64,000 nucleotides of DNA from Octopus vulgaris (GCA_951406725.2 OX597817.1:149110001-149174000); one strand, 5' to 3'. Counted from the stretch's first letter, positions 12,130 through 26,853 are shown. Made by a program: numbers and translations. Notes: generated by a model not told the origin, from the letters alone.

Positions 12130-12345
12130 TTCTGTGGGGTAGAAAATAACACAGGCATAAAGATACACAAACACACATATGCACACAGGCATACACACAC
12201 ACACACTCATAGATATTTATACTCACAACGGACTTCCACGTGGATTTCGTCTACCGGTTTCACTTACAGGATTTTGGTTGGCCCAGGGCTATAGTAGCCC
12301 AAACCAACTGGTTGCAAAGTGAGGTTCTTAACCATACGGCCATGT
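12130..12345 (-). mobile_element. SINE family B, decayed
   Basis: Diverged reverse complement of the family B head and body. Confidence 0.6.
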
Positions 12346-12771
12346 CTGTTACTTCTCACCACTTCGCAACCTTACAGGCAAACACGCATCATTATCATTC
12401 GCATCTATGCGTGGACATGTCATCAGTTTTATCCGGTTCAACCATTAAAAAACAAATTATTTCCACGTATGTGTGTGTGTCTGTGCGCTTGTGTGTGGGG
12501 GGAGGGCGAAAATTGGGATATCTGTGCTTCTCTCTCTCTCTATCTCTCTCTCTCTCTCTCTATGCACACACACACACACACACGAATACACACACAGTCT
12601 TCATTTGCGTATGTGTGCTTGTCTGTTTATATAACCTATGTACCTATCCGTCTGTATGTTGATCTGTTTAATTTCATATCCATATGCTTACATACATATG
12701 CATATACACATATATACCCTCACACATACATACATCTACCTACATAACAGCCCACTAACTATGTTACTGTA

Positions 12772-12820
<49 letters not shown>

Positions 12821-12961
12821 ACAGTCCCAAGCAAACCCCAGCCTTGCCCACCCCCAAAAAAAATTTGGTCCACCAGTCAGCATCCTTAGAAGGTGGTCGG
12901 CATAATGGAATGGGAAGTTTATTTGCATATACAAAACGTCTCCCTGGAAACAAATTTAAAA

Positions 12962-13281
12962 CGTGTGTGTGTGTGTGTGTGTATGTATGTTTTTATGTAA
13001 GTATATATGCATGTATGTATATGTATATATGCATGTATATATATGCATGTATATATATGCATGTATGTATGGTATGTATGTGTGTATATATGTATGTATA
13101 TATGTATGTATGTGTTGTATGTATGTGTATGTATGTATGTATGTTTGCATGAATGTATGTATGTATGCTTGTATGTATGCAATCATGTATGTATGTATGT
13201 ATGTATGTATGTTTGTATGTATGTATGTATGTATGTATGTATGTATGTATGTATGTATGTATTCTGAAGCATACATACATA
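12962..13281. repeat. (TATG)n/(TG)n microsatellite
   Basis: Read directly. Confidence 0.95.
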
Positions 13282-15100
13282 GTTGACTCCTTTGTTAGTC
13301 GCTAGGTTAAAACATGGTGCTTTGATATGGGCGGACGCTGGACAACATTTAGCTTAATTTTCACTGGTCGAAAAAGCTCAAACGAACGGTCATAACACGT
13401 CCTATAATGAGAATTCGGTTATAGGTGATAACACTGAAACAGGATTGGAATTGACTACTGTAGCCGGTTGAAGTATGAAAAAGCAGATTATCCATTCCGT
13501 TCTTGACTCTCAATGACTGATCTGAGCATATGAGGAATCTGTGTGTGTTTAAAAATATCAGAGAAATTTCCTTCTCTCTCGATGATTATCGTGAATAAAT
13601 TAAATCTAGATATTGTATGCCAGAAAAACGGTGAGTAATCATGCCATGAATAACAACGAACAACAACACAAAGTCAAATGTTATTTTAAAAACGAAGAGA
13701 TTGCTTTGATTGTCGTCAAACAAACACAATATTTTTATTTAGAAAAATGCGGAAGTTTTACATTCTGAAAGATGCGGATTATTTCTGTCATTTACGATAG
13801 TTTTGATATTTTGCCTAATAGCTTGCAATTTCGTGTAAGATTTCTTTCCTACGAGGCTTCTTTGCATTGTTCTCTTTTTTTTTCTTTCTTTTCACTCTTG
13901 TCTTCATATTTGTCATAACAAAGCTGGAAAATGCATTGTTGCTCATTGCTATGGGGAACGTGCGTAAAACTGCTATGAGATAATTGCATTTTATCATCAT
14001 TTACACGTGTGAGTGAGTGCGTATGTGCGAATGTAGGCATAGGTGTAGGTGTAGGTGTGCGTACGTGTGTGTGAGTGTGTGTTGCTCTCGTATAGCCGGA
14101 GGTGATGCGCATTGCTGTTTTATTGACTTATTTATTTATTTTTTGGTTTTGGCATTGGGATTCTAAATTAAACTAGGATACATATGAATTAATAAATTCT
14201 ATTTATGTAAACATATTTATTCAGCTTTTAAATTAATTTAGGGGTTAAAGACACAAGAATTTGAGAGCTTGATTCTTGTAATGCGAGATCGAAATCAAGA
14301 TTGCGCCTCTCATTAGAATCTTCAAATCAGATATGCCTCAATCATATTAAGATCTAAACCCTTTCATAAATTGTTTTCTGTTTCTTTTTGTCGATGCTGT
14401 TGTTGACTTGCCAGTGAGCGAACGAAGATAATTATATATATGACAACACAGCATATGAATTAATTAATTATGTAGATGCAATCATATTTAGTTGAGCTGT
14501 AGTTGATGTGCTTTCGTTTAAAAGCATGCATAATCATATGCAAGAAGGCATAGACACAGGAACATATCAAACCCTTTACTTAATGCCTTATAACTCTTTT
14601 ATTGAAGTAATCTTATTAATTTTCACCAATAATGTTTTGGAGATGTGAGCAAGCCATTTCAAAAGGTGAAAACAATAAATCAATGAAAGTCATACCACGA
14701 AGTGTAACATTTCTCAAGAAAATTAAAATATTAATCTCATTAAGTGAACATAATAACCTGTATTAAATAAATGAACATGCATTAAGGAATCTTCTGTAAC
14801 ACAAACAACACAACCCGTTTGTGTATCTGTATGTGTGTTGGGGGGGTGTAAAAATATAATGTAAATGAATTTACATTATTCAAAAGACAGTTATTAGTTG
14901 AAATAGAGCTTGTGTATGTTGAAACATCGTTACTCAGAGTTTCATAAGTAGGTATGTATATATATATACACACACACATATACATGTATATATAAATGCA
15001 TATACATATATAGGGAGTGTTCACGAAAAAACAATAGACGAAGACATGTGGTGTATAAAACAAACTGATATATTAGTATAACGCTCAGGAATGGTAAAAG

Positions 15101-15138
15101 CCTTTTACGTCTCGAGCCTACGCTCTTCTACAGAAAGG
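15101..15138 (-). ncRNA. Degenerate hammerhead motif
   Basis: CCTTT-CTGTAGA-A-GAGC-GTAG-GCTC-GAGA-CG-TA-AAAGG: stems intact, two core substitutions. Flanks resemble those of the 45737 motif (ACGCTCAGG). Confidence 0.6.
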
Positions 15139-15640
15139 GACACACAAAAAAACAAGGAGAGAAACAATGTGTGTAGTGGCTACCGATTTATTATATTTAT
15201 AAAAAGTGTAGGTGGCATACGAGTGGGTATATATTTATGAAAGAGAAGTTTGAAAACGCCATTATATAAGATAAATTTTAATTTTCTGGGAGATTTTACA
15301 TGTTTGGGTTCTTCTTGGAAAATGAACCTTATCAAAAATATTTTTAAATGTTAAGTGTAATAAAACAAGTTCATAATTGTTTCTTACTAGTCTCAACAGA
15401 GTCCAGGTGGTAGTGTTTTCTGGGAGGGAGCATAATGGCCGTCTTGTGCGTTGACTAGAATCGTTGGCTTTAACATATTCTATATATATATGTATATATA
15501 TATGTATATATATATATATATATATATGTATCCATGAAACCAACGCACGATACAATATCCAGTAAGGAATGCCCTACAATATACACAGTCTAAGCATGTA
15601 ATGTATATAACCGGACAGTGTTTACAATGGATACAGCATA

Positions 15641-16037
15641 TTCTTTTCTACTCTAGGCACAGGGTCCGAAATTTTGGAGGAAGGGGCCAGTCGATTAGAT
15701 CGACCCCAGTACGCAAATGGTACTAAATTTATCGACCCCGAAGGGATGAAAGATAATGTCGACCACGGCGGAATTTGAACTCAGAGCGCAAAGACAGACG
15801 AAATACCTATTTTTTACTACCCACAAGGGGCTAAACACAGAGGGGACAAACAAGGACAGACAAACGGATTAAGTCGGTTATATCGACCCCAGTGCGTAAC
15901 TGGTACTTATTTATTCGACCCCGAAAGGATGAAAGGCAAAGTCGATCTCGGCGGAACATGAACTCAGAACGTAAAGACACGAAACACCGTTAAGCATTTC
16001 GCCCGGCGTGGTAACGTTTCTGCCAGTTCGCCGCCTT
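15641..16037 (-). mobile_element. SINE family A dimer with two different tails
   Basis: Head at about 16037, body with the GTTTAGCCCCTTGTGGG tail, second body with the GTGCCTAGAGTAGAAAAGAA tail. Confidence 0.9.
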
Positions 16038-16067
16038 AATGGATACAGAATATTAACAATCCTATAT

Positions 16068-16133
<66 letters not shown>

Positions 16134-17152
16134 TGAGGGGTATGCGTTGTAATAGCACATCGTTGCAACCACCATTTCTTGGTGATTCCCTACTCTCGGC
16201 AGATGACACCTTTGCAGCATTCAGTTGGGGGTAGTTGTAGTTGATGAGGGTTTTACGATGTCGGAGAGCAAATCCTCTGCACAAGAACACACAACACACC
16301 GGCTGGCACTCGAGTTTTTTTTTCCACGAGAGTTCTGGACCCTAGCAATGAACTCATTTGCATACAGCCAATGAGAGCTCATCTTGACCATGTCAAGTTA
16401 ACAAATGGACTCTGCCAAGTAAACTCAAGACGAAGAACGGTGTTGTAAGTCGACCGATCGCCAAGTTATGCCTGATTTTAGAAGACAAGTAATTTGATAG
16501 AGTTGCATCTATACCTATTATCGGATTTGGTTAGGGCCCGAAATGGTAAAGTTGTGGATGGGAAGAACGTTGATAGAGGGTGATGTGCTCGCAACTTACT
16601 GTTTTACAAAGTAAACAACAACACAAATAACTACGCAGAGGCAGCCATGGTTCAAACAAGAACAAGAACAACAAGCATTCTTAAAAGAGAAAAGAAGCAT
16701 GACCATTTCCTTACCCAAGTGACATTAAATTCTCACCCATCGCTTGTTATACGCTCATAAATTAGTTTGATAGCTGAGCTCTGATTGGCTGTGTGAAACC
16801 AGGGTTCATAACTGGAGTCTGGAACTCTCGTGGGAAAAAAAAATTTGCGCCCGACCCGGGAATAGAAACCACTATCTATCGATAATGACTGCAGCACCCT
16901 AACTACTAGGCCACTTGTTGGTGTAAACGATCGCGTAAAACATGTTTGTAAATAAGCGCTGATGAAGATTTCATTACACGCTAGCCTTTTATTACAACGG
17001 CAAAACGCCGCATAATGCAGGAAGCAGATCTTGACACGCAACAGATTTAATTTCTATGTAATTACGAGTAATTATACTGTTGTTTTTGATTGCATTCCAG
17101 TTTTAATAATTAATTCCAATAAACTACATGCTTTTTATTTATATTGAATAGC

Positions 17153-17505
17153 TGCAGATGTCACTGTGTAGTAAGGAATTTGCTTACCAACCACATTGTT
17201 CCAGGTTCAGTCCCACTGCGTGGCATTTTGGGTGAGAAGCCCGTACTATATATATGAATATGTGTGCGTGTGTGCGTGTGTGTGTGTGTGCGTGTGTGTG
17301 CCTTTGTGTCTAAGGTTGTCCCCTCCGCTGCTTGACAACCGGTGTTGGTGTGTTTACGTCCCCTAATTTAGTGGTTGGGCAAACGCGACCGATGGAATAA
17401 GTACCATGTTTTACAAAAGAAGTAAAGCAATCGATTGAAAGGTCGATTTTTGAAAGGTCGAAGTTTTGCCCCAACATGGCCGCAGTCTAATAGCTGAAAC
17501 AAGAA
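17153..17505 (+). mobile_element. SINE family B
   Basis: GGTTCAGTCCCACTGCGTGGCA, internal (TG)n, CTTGACAACCGGTGTTGGTGTGTTTACGTCCCC, tail CATGGCCGCAGTC..CTGAAACAAG. Confidence 0.8.
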
Positions 17506-17550
17506 AAAGATTCTCCTCGTCAATCTGTTTCCTCAAATATAATACCAGGC

Positions 17551-18127
17551 TATACATACATTCATACACACATACATACACACATACATACATACATACA
17601 TACATACATACATACATACATACATACATACACACATACATACACACATACATACATACATACATACATACATACATACATACATACATACATGCATATA
17701 TACATACATACATACATACATACATACATACATACATACATGTACACATACATACAAACATACATACATAAATACAAACATACATAAATATATGCATACA
17801 TACAAAGATACATACATACATGCATACATACATACTTTCATACATACAAGCATACATACAAGCATACATACAACATACATGTATACATACATGCATGCAT
17901 ACATATATACCAACCTACACACATACAAAGAAACAAACATACATGCATACATACATACATAAACACATAGAAACAAACAAACATACATACATATATACAT
18001 ACAGACAAACAAACATATATACATGCATACATATATACATACATACAAACATACATACATGTATATTTACATACATGAATACATACATGCAAACAAACAT
18101 ATATATTAATGTATACATGCATATATA
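17551..18127. repeat. (CATA)n microsatellite, long and degenerate
   Basis: Read directly. Confidence 0.95.
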
Positions 18128-18269
18128 GCATTCTTGCCTTATTTAGAATTTAAAATGCCTGACATGAATGTAATATTCATATTTGCTCTCCATTTTCAAG
18201 GTGATCTCAAGCCTAATCCACGTCGGTAGAGAGATTCCAACAACCATACACTCTTCCCTTGGGCGAAAC

Positions 18270-18970
18270 CCTCGTGACATCCAGCACTGCTAGAGTAATG
18301 GGTGTTACTATTGACAGCAAGATAGGCTGGAGTGCTCACATAAACGGGAAAGTTGAAATGGCTCGCCTGCCATGCTTGTAGATCCTCATGACATTCCGGT
18401 CTAGAGACGGCCCTACCATTATCCTAATTTTCTCTGCTTTTGCTCACTCTCACCTTGAATACTGTTGTACCCCCACACTGCTGTCCGCCCTCACCTTGAA
18501 TACTGTGGTACCCACCCCCACGTGATACAGAATATTATGAAAATTGAAGCTACACAGAGATCAATCACAGACAAATAGATGTCGTGACAAGCATTGACTA
18601 TTGAGATCGACTCAAAAAGCTCAGGCTTAACTCCTTCCAACACCGCCGTGAGCGCTATGTCATCTATACGCTGTGGAAAATATTCCATTAACATTGCCCA
18701 AATGATAAAAGTATCATCTTTAAAATTCATCCGAGGCTTCGCTCCCGTGCCATCCATCCACTACAGAAATCATGTACGTGTCATACCACAACACTGCGGC
18801 AGAAATATTTCCCCTCGACTGGCCCTGTTCTCTTCAACATCGTGCCAGCCCACATAAAGGCGGAAAGAGGTTCCACGGCATTCAAGCGGACCCTAGGTGA
18901 CTACGTCCCAAAAATACCAGACAAACAACCCACATCTGGATACGTCTCTGAAAACAATAACTCTTTGCTC
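18270..18970 (+). mobile_element. CR1-like LINE, RT C-terminal remnant
   Basis: Broken frames give GVTIDSKIGWSAHIN..ILMTFRSRD..IFSAFAHSHLEYC..PH, typical of the CR1 RT thumb region. Confidence 0.7.
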
Positions 18971-19070
18971 GAAGGGGTTATGGTGACCAAGAGCTGACGG
19001 TGCTACGAAATCAGACATGCCTTGGGCCAACTTCCGCCAAAGCTTATGCAAGTAATCTACGTGTGTGTGT

Positions 19071-19111
<41 letters not shown>

Positions 19112-19445
19112 TGAGTGTGTATTTTTTCGTCTGTATGTGTATATGTGTATATATATATATATATGCAACTGTATTTATAGATGTGAATATATATATATAT
19201 GCGTGTGTAGACAAGTACATATGCATATATGTATGTGTGAGTGTGTGTATAAATTTACACAATCTACACATATGCACATATATGATTATATAGAAAAACA
19301 TTCATACACATCATTGCGAGTTTGAATTTACATGTTTAAGATAGAAAAGGATGATAGAAAAATACAAATACTGGTTGCTATCTTAAACGGTTATTTCAGA
19401 AATCAATAATATAACTTTAGTATTACAGGACTATACGTGTGTATG

Positions 19446-19488
<43 letters not shown>

Positions 19489-19537
19489 ATGCATGTATAT
19501 ATATATTTATGTACGCATGTTTACATATGTATAAATG

Positions 19538-19580
<43 letters not shown>

Positions 19581-19761
19581 GTATGTATGCATATTTACTT
19601 ATGTATAAATATGTGTGGGCATATATATGTACATACATACACATGTATATATGTATATACATATATATATATATGTATATATATACATATATATATACAT
19701 ATGTACACACATATATATATATACATATGCATATATATACATATATATATACACACACACA

Positions 19762-19808
<47 letters not shown>

Positions 19809-20312
19809 CAACATGAAAAAGAACTACGATATGAAATGAAATTGAAGAAAATTTACGATTGCGTTTATTAGTTGTTGGTTATAGCTACAGAAATAAATAG
19901 GATCATGTTAAGAAAAAAATGGAAATCTATCTTGAAATTTTACTGACTCTATTGGCAAATGGAAAAGAAGTTTTGTTTTTGTTGAGATTATTTTCAATAA
20001 ATTAGAATTAACAGCGTGTAGTGTTATTTCAAAGAATGTTTGCACGTAAAAAAAAATAGGTCTAGCTGAAATATCTGTAGAGCTGGATGTGTGAAACTGA
20101 GGCGAAGTAATTTTAGTATATTGGTTTTTGAAAGCATTAATTATATTTTAGCGGAAACTATATATAAACAGAAATATACTGAGTATGTCCATGTGTGTAA
20201 ATTTTAAAATGTTGTGACTTTGATTTTCATGCAAATAAAAGTTCCACCGACAAACACCATTTGTATATTATATTCTTGAAATGATATACAGAGAGATAAA
20301 CATATACTATAC

Positions 20313-20458
20313 GTACATTATTTACCTTTGACGGATATTTGTCCTCATCTTGTTTGTTGATAACACAACGTTTCAGCTGATATACCCTCCAGCCTTCATA
20401 AGGTGTCTTGGGGAAATTTTGAACCTGGGTTCTCATTCCTAAGGTATTTTTCGATGTA

Positions 20459-20510
<52 letters not shown>

Positions 20511-20584
20511 TCACAGCCTGGAATCGAACTCGGAATTTTGGGGTTAGTAGCCCACGCTTAGCCACTTCGTCATATGCCCGTGGA
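20313..20584 (-). mobile_element. Second tRNA-headed hammerhead element
   Basis: Reverse complement of 11666-11970: B box GAGTTCGATTCC, (AAT)n, GACAC-CTTATGA-A-GGCTG..CAGCT-GAAA-CG-TT-GTGTT (core G5 mutated). Confidence 0.8.
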
Positions 20585-20824
20585 CAATTATGGATTGAAT
20601 TTTAGGGCTTATAAATCTAATGTTTACCTATCCATCCTTAATACTAGTTTCCATATGCTATTCATATCTGCACTCGGCCTGCTGAGGAGGTTGTTGTGTC
20701 CTAGCATATGTGCTGCTTCCTTCATTTTCGTATGTTTTTTTCTTAAATATAGAATTATATACTATACGTCTTTAGATAATATATCAAGTTTTATAAAATC
20801 TATTGATTGAAATGTATCATTGTA

Positions 20825-21712
20825 TATGGTCTGATCAATAAGTGTCTGGACTGTTGCCATAGTAACAAGTTAATGCACACAGAGTGAAGCCGCTTGGCAC
20901 AGATTGACTGTGAACTCTGTTGTGCTTGCGCACGTAGCTTTACCATTCTACCTCACTTTTGCTGCTTATACCAGTGCTTGGAAGGAAGGTATGTAGCGTG
21001 TGATCATCGTATTGACACTGAATGGGAAAGTTGAGGAGAGAATTTATATCAAATTTTGCGGAAAGCTTGGCGATACCTGATCAGAAGCTGACGCAATGTT
21101 TTCAAAATGTTTTCATCTTTCCCGACAGAATCAAGGATATCTTGTGCAGCTGAACACCAAGTGTATTTTTTGGTCAGCTGAAAGCAGTTTTAGCACAAAC
21201 TTGGCAGACATATGTCTCATACCCAAATCTTCACTGATAATGGACTGAACTGAACTGTAACTAATCTGCAAATCCTCTGATAACTCGGGGATGATGATTC
21301 GACGATTTCCCCTCACAGCTGCACGTACATCTGCGCTGTTTTTCTCAGATCTGCTGGTTGCGAGTCTCCCTGAACGTTCGTCAATATCGACATTTTTTCG
21401 GCCATCTTGGAAACGTCTGAACCACTTGTCTATGGCTCATACACTCTTCTCCATACACTTTCTGGAGCCATGCGTAGGCTTCTGAGCAGGTATCGCCATA
21501 ACAACTTTCTCTGTCATGGTCAATGCGACAATCACACGCTACACACTTTCCTTCCAAGCACTGCTCTAAACAGCGTATGTGAGCTAGAACGTTAAAACCT
21601 ACTCCGCCTACACAGCAAAGATCGAGGTCAATCTTTGCCAAGCGGCTGCACTCTGCGCATTTTACCTTCGTTACTACGGCAACAGACCGGATATTTATTG
21701 ATCAGACATCGT
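20825..21712. mobile_element. Mariner-derived foldback element made of two inverted 5' ends
   Basis: TIRs GTCTGATCAATAA / TTATTGATCAGAC with flanking TA. Arms about 20825-21095 and 21470-21712 are diverged reverse complements. Minus ORF RRIIIPELSEDLQISYSSVQSIISEDLGMRHMSAKFVLKLL matches the mariner HTH and WVPH-type linker. Confidence 0.85.
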
Positions 21713-21966
21713 ATGTGTACGCTATGGCGTAGTGTGGCGGTTGTAGAAGAATATATACTGGGTACCACCTTTTAGCACGCGAACGCAGAGGGCAATGTCG
21801 CTAGCCTAAAGAAACTTCTGGCGAAAGTGCGAATAATTCGTTACCTCTGCTTGTTTATATATATATTTATATATTTATATATGTCTGCGAGTGTGCGTGG
21901 TGTGTGTTTATGTGTGTATGTGTTTGTGTATGTGACTGTAAGTGTGTTTGTGCATGTGTGTGTGTT

Positions 21967-22017
<51 letters not shown>

Positions 22018-23009
22018 ACAGGGTAAAGTTTCTGAATTTCCGAAAAGATGGATGTCTTTTCTCGTCTATTAAACTTGAAGTACCATGCCGAGCTACGACA
22101 GCCAGTTAGTCAGGAAATACAACTTCGACTATGTTTTGAGTGCTACCACCGTCTGTTTGCTCTCTAGGCTTTGTGTGCATTTACATGTGTGTGTGTGTGT
22201 TTGTGTATGTGTGTGAAATTGAGGTAATTCGGTTTTCATGATTTCATTTGTAAAAGCGAACAGATTAATTACGCTGTCATGACGTATAACTTGCGCTCTC
22301 ATAAAACCTTTAAAAAATGATTAAATTTGAGATGCACTTATGTATTTGCGATAACCCCTTTGCCACCAACAGTCACCTGTCTTATCTCCAGCTAACACAA
22401 GAGTCCAGGTTTCTTTCATAACTGAGTTTAAAGTGGAAAGGTAATACCCTGACCTACTCTACGCTCTTTCTAACTGGTATGGTTGAAGAAAAAGAGAAAT
22501 ATATTCTCAAATCAGGAACCTGGCTGAAATGCTTGCTATGCAGGAAACCCTACAAAAGCCACTGAAACTGAAGCGGCGGTGTTAAATTGGGCAAATTTCC
22601 ATCGAGACGAAAATAACTACCTTACCTTCGTCAGGTTTGACACGGCTTATATCCAACAAATTTCAGTCGAAAACTTTTTTTGTCGATGCAAGACTATGGC
22701 GGTAGGCAATTATTTACATTACTCTGTTGCGCTGTGGCAATGAGCACGAAAAAACCTATTTGACAAGCGAAACTATTAATCATACCGCTGTGATGTTGCT
22801 TAAGGGGACGCTCCCTGTATCTTCCTTATTCCCAAACGAAGAGCAAGGGAGCAGATGTGTTAGTTTTTTTCCATTTCACACGAAAATTATTTTATTTAGC
22901 TTCTGACTATTCCCTACTATATTCAGCGCTTTTTGCATCAATTGATAACAAAAATTGAAGTCAAGTCTAGTAGGACCAAAAGCCACACCGTCGAAGGACC
23001 CATGACTAA

Positions 23010-23381
23010 GGCGGTTAGCTGACAGAAACGTTAGCACGCCGGGCGAAATGCTCAGCAATATTTCGTCTGCCGCTACGTTCTGAGTTTAAAATCCGCCGAG
23101 GTCGACTTTGCATTTCATCCTTTCGAGGTCGATGAAATAAGTACCAGTTACGCACAGGGGTCGATATAATCGACGTAATCCGTTTGTCTGTCCTGGTTTG
23201 TCCCCTTGTGGGTAGTAAAGCAATAGGTATTTCGTTTGTCTTTACCTTTACATTCCACCGAGGTCGACTGTGCCTTTCATCCTTTCGGGGGTCGATAAAT
23301 TAAGTACCAGTTGCGTACTGGGGTCGATCTAATCGACTGGCCCCCTTCCTCAAATTTCAGAACTTGTGCCTAGAGTAGAAG
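23010..23381 (+). mobile_element. SINE family A dimer
   Basis: Head, body, tail, re-entry at GTATTTCGT, second body, CTTGTGCCTAGAGTAGAA tail. Confidence 0.9.
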
Positions 23382-23609
23382 TTGATGTTTTTAACCTCTC
23401 ACGGTAACATTCTAATGATGCTCAGAAATCTTTTTCGATTCAAAGACTGAGAACGTTGAAGAACTCAAGAACTCACGACTAACATTAGATGGAAGACTAA
23501 CCAATATCACCTAGTGAGGTCAGTACTTTATTCTTTATGTAGATTCTTAACGAACTATTTCAGAATCACGACAATATGATTTCTATGATAATCGAAGGAA
23601 ATAAATATT

Positions 23610-23995
23610 GATTGCAAATTTTGGCACAAAGGCTGCAAGTTTGGGGAAGGGGGTTCAAATGATACTTATCTTATCCACGCCGAGAGGACGAAAGGTGAAT
23701 TTGACCTCGACGGAATTTGGTCTCAGAACACAAAGGCATACGAAAAGCCGCTGAGCATTTTTCCGGCGCGCTAACAATCCTACTAGCTCCAGCTCACCAC
23801 CTTAATACTGGTTTCAAATGATGCCACAAGGCCAGTAATTTTGGGGAAGAGGATAAGGAGATTACATGAACCTCAGTTTTCAATTGGTGCTCACTTTATT
23901 GACCCCGAAAGGATGAAAGAAAGACAACGTGGACCTCTAAGCCGTATAATATTATGCCCGGCGTGCCAACGATTCTGCTTGCTTCCTGTCTTAAA
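23610..23995 (-). mobile_element. Two decayed SINE family A copies
   Basis: Diverged GACCCCGAAAGGATGAAAG and GACCTCGACGGAATTTG motifs. Confidence 0.7.
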
Positions 23996-25332
23996 ATGCA
24001 TCAATATTAATTCATAGCAACCTGAGTTTCACACGAGTTATACCTATTTTGTTCCACAATATTGATTTGCAAGTTGCACAACGCTAAACAGAGACCAATT
24101 GTAACAGAACATCTTCTCCAGTTTGATTTTTATCTTCTGTATCCTCCGAAAAATCTTTCCATATTCATTTTCATTACATGTACATTGTATTCCGAATAAA
24201 AGATAACATCTTTTAAGAAGTCCTCATAAAACTTCGAAAATAAGCAATTCTCTTCAACTACATAACTCACGTTTCAATATTTAATTTTTTTTTTTTTTTG
24301 CTTTGTTAGTGTGAGTCTGTTAGTTTTATATTTATATATGTTTTACAATCCTCAAAGAACTTTATGACAGTTAAAAAAATTTGTGTTTACAAAGATTCAC
24401 CATAATCCATATATAATTTGAAACTAGTCTCTATTTGCCTGTCCTGATGTCAATTTTGATAAATGTATTGAACTAGACAACCCAGTTCCTGCTCAAAGTG
24501 TTTACTAGCAATATCAAAGAAATATTAATTGCCCAATGAATATTCGACTACAACAAAACTGCAATACCGTTATGGTTTCTTTTTTAATTTATTTCTTCTA
24601 TATTCCAACATTCTTCCTGCATTCTGTCTGGCTTTCAAGTCACGTGACTGCTTCAGTTTTCAGGTTATCACATTTCCATTTTCCATTGATTTTTAACATT
24701 TTGGTTTTCAAAAAAAAAAAAATATGTATATCATTCACATCCAATTTGCATCATTGTATTGAATGTAAGCAAGAAATAGAAAAGTGAAGTTTATTTTTCT
24801 GCGACAAACTAGCAATGATGTAATGAAGTAAGCCAGAAGAAATAAAACTTTAAACACGAGCACGGTAAAAGTATGACTCATATTGAATATCATTGTTCTG
24901 TAATTGATAATTTAATATAGTTCTTAGACAAGCATTGAAATCGAACAAAAATGAATGGAGAATTCTAATTCAGTTTTCCATCAATCTTCACAAAAGATGC
25001 TTATAAAGCTTATAGAGTTCTTATAAAATTCCAACAGCTTGAGCTCTTGTTGACAAAACTTCGAACAAGAGAAGAAATTGAAAATTGTTGAAGGAAGCAA
25101 GGAAACAGATATTGTACGTCAATCAAACTGAAATTGGCAAACCTCTGAAGAATGGTGCCACTATTTTTAGTGTATCTACTTGAACACGTCATTACTAAAT
25201 GGTTAAAGTTTATAAGATATTACAAATACAATTTATATAACGGAGTCTAAAAACTATGAGTTTTTTATGTCCACTCTGCAACAGAGGTGTTCATTAAGTA
25301 GTGCTTTGTTAAATATACTGACATGTGTGCGC

Positions 25333-25422
<90 letters not shown>

Positions 25423-25790
25423 ATATGTATATGTACCGATATGTGTGCGTATCACTATATGTATATATGTATATTCTTATGCGTGTGAGAGTGTGTATGT
25501 GTGTGTAAAGATTTTAAAACAAGACTATATATTCCTGTCGTGTTTGTTTCTATATACTTGGAAATAGATTAAAGGTTATACTCTAGAATCACGACATCGA
25601 ATATAAGGATTATTAAAAAGCCGACCAGATATATTATACGAATAGAACAACGGAATGTAAGTCAACAGCTAATATTACTTTCATATATTCTGCTGAGACA
25701 AGGAGACAAATCTAGACAGATTTTCTCTTATTGTGACTTCAACAGCGAAATATAGCTTCGACCATATTTTCCAAAGTATTGTTAGGATGA

Positions 25791-26173
25791 GATGGCACTC
25801 CGTCGGTTACGACGATGTGTGTTCCAGTTGATACGATCAACGGAAGAGCTTGCTCATGAAATTAACGTGCAAGTGGCTGAACATTCCACAGACACGTGTA
25901 CCCTTAACGTTGTTCTCTGGTTGACTCAGCGTGACACAGAGTGTAATAAGGCTGGCCCTTTGAAATACAGGTACGACAGAAACAGGAAGAAAGAGTGAGA
26001 GAAAGTTGTGATGAAAGAGTACAGCAGGGCTCTCCACTATTCCCTGCAGGAGCCTCGTGGAGCTTTAGATGTTTTCGTTCAATAAACACTCACAACGCCC
26101 GGTCTGGGAATCGAAACTGCGATCCTATGACCGCGAGTCCGCTGCCCTAACCACTCGGCCGTTGCGCCTCTAC
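25791..26173 (-). mobile_element. Full-length tRNA(Arg)-like-headed SINE with 13-bp target site duplication
   Basis: Head GGCGCAACGGCCGAGTGGTTAGGGCAGCGGACTCGCGGTC..GTTTCGATTCCC. Exact TSD ATTGTTAGGATGA at 25778-25790 and 26174-26186. Confidence 0.92.
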
Positions 26174-26516
26174 ATTGTTAGGATGATTACTAAATAAATG
26201 AACAAGGTTGTACACTAGATGACAGTGGTCAAATTAGGGTCCTCAGTAAACATACAATTTCCAACTTAATTATCAAACATGACAAACCAAAGAAAATTTT
26301 GCACCTGGTGACGTATTCCTCCCACTTCCCCGTCTTAATAACCTTCTGGTAATAGCATAACTTAGTCCTAGCAGGCTTCATAATGGACCCTGTATTAAAT
26401 ATGTTTTCACTAGCTTTACTCTAGTTTTCTATTTAAATGGTATATTATACAGATTGAATTATTTATTTAGTGAACGCAATATCCTTTTAACATTCAGATC
26501 AGTCCATCACATGTCC

Positions 26517-26853
26517 TGAGATCCCCTTCGGTCATGACTGACCATGGGATTGCACCTAGAAAGTTACCCTTCCAGGCACAAGTCCGGGCAAGGTTGTTTA
26601 TGGAAGACCAACAGACGCCCATGCGTACCGGTCTCGCCTCTCCACATCACTGATGCTATCCAAGGGAAAGGCAAAGGCTGATACAGCTTGGCACCTGTGA
26701 CATCGCAACTCGTTTCTACAGCTGAGTTAACTGGAGCAACGTGAAATAAAGTGTCTTCCTCAAGAACACAACAAGCAACCCGGCCCAGGATTCGAACTCC
26801 CAACCTCACGATCGTAAACTCGACGCTCTAAGCACAGAGCTATGCGCCTTCAC
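26517..26853 (-). mobile_element. tRNA-derived SINE family E
   Basis: B box GAGTTCGAATCC, GTGTTCTTGAGGAAGACACTTTATTTCAC, tail GGTAACTTTCTAGGTGCAATCCCATGGTC. Related to 56806-57095, 30535-30648 and 59790-59848. Confidence 0.85.
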
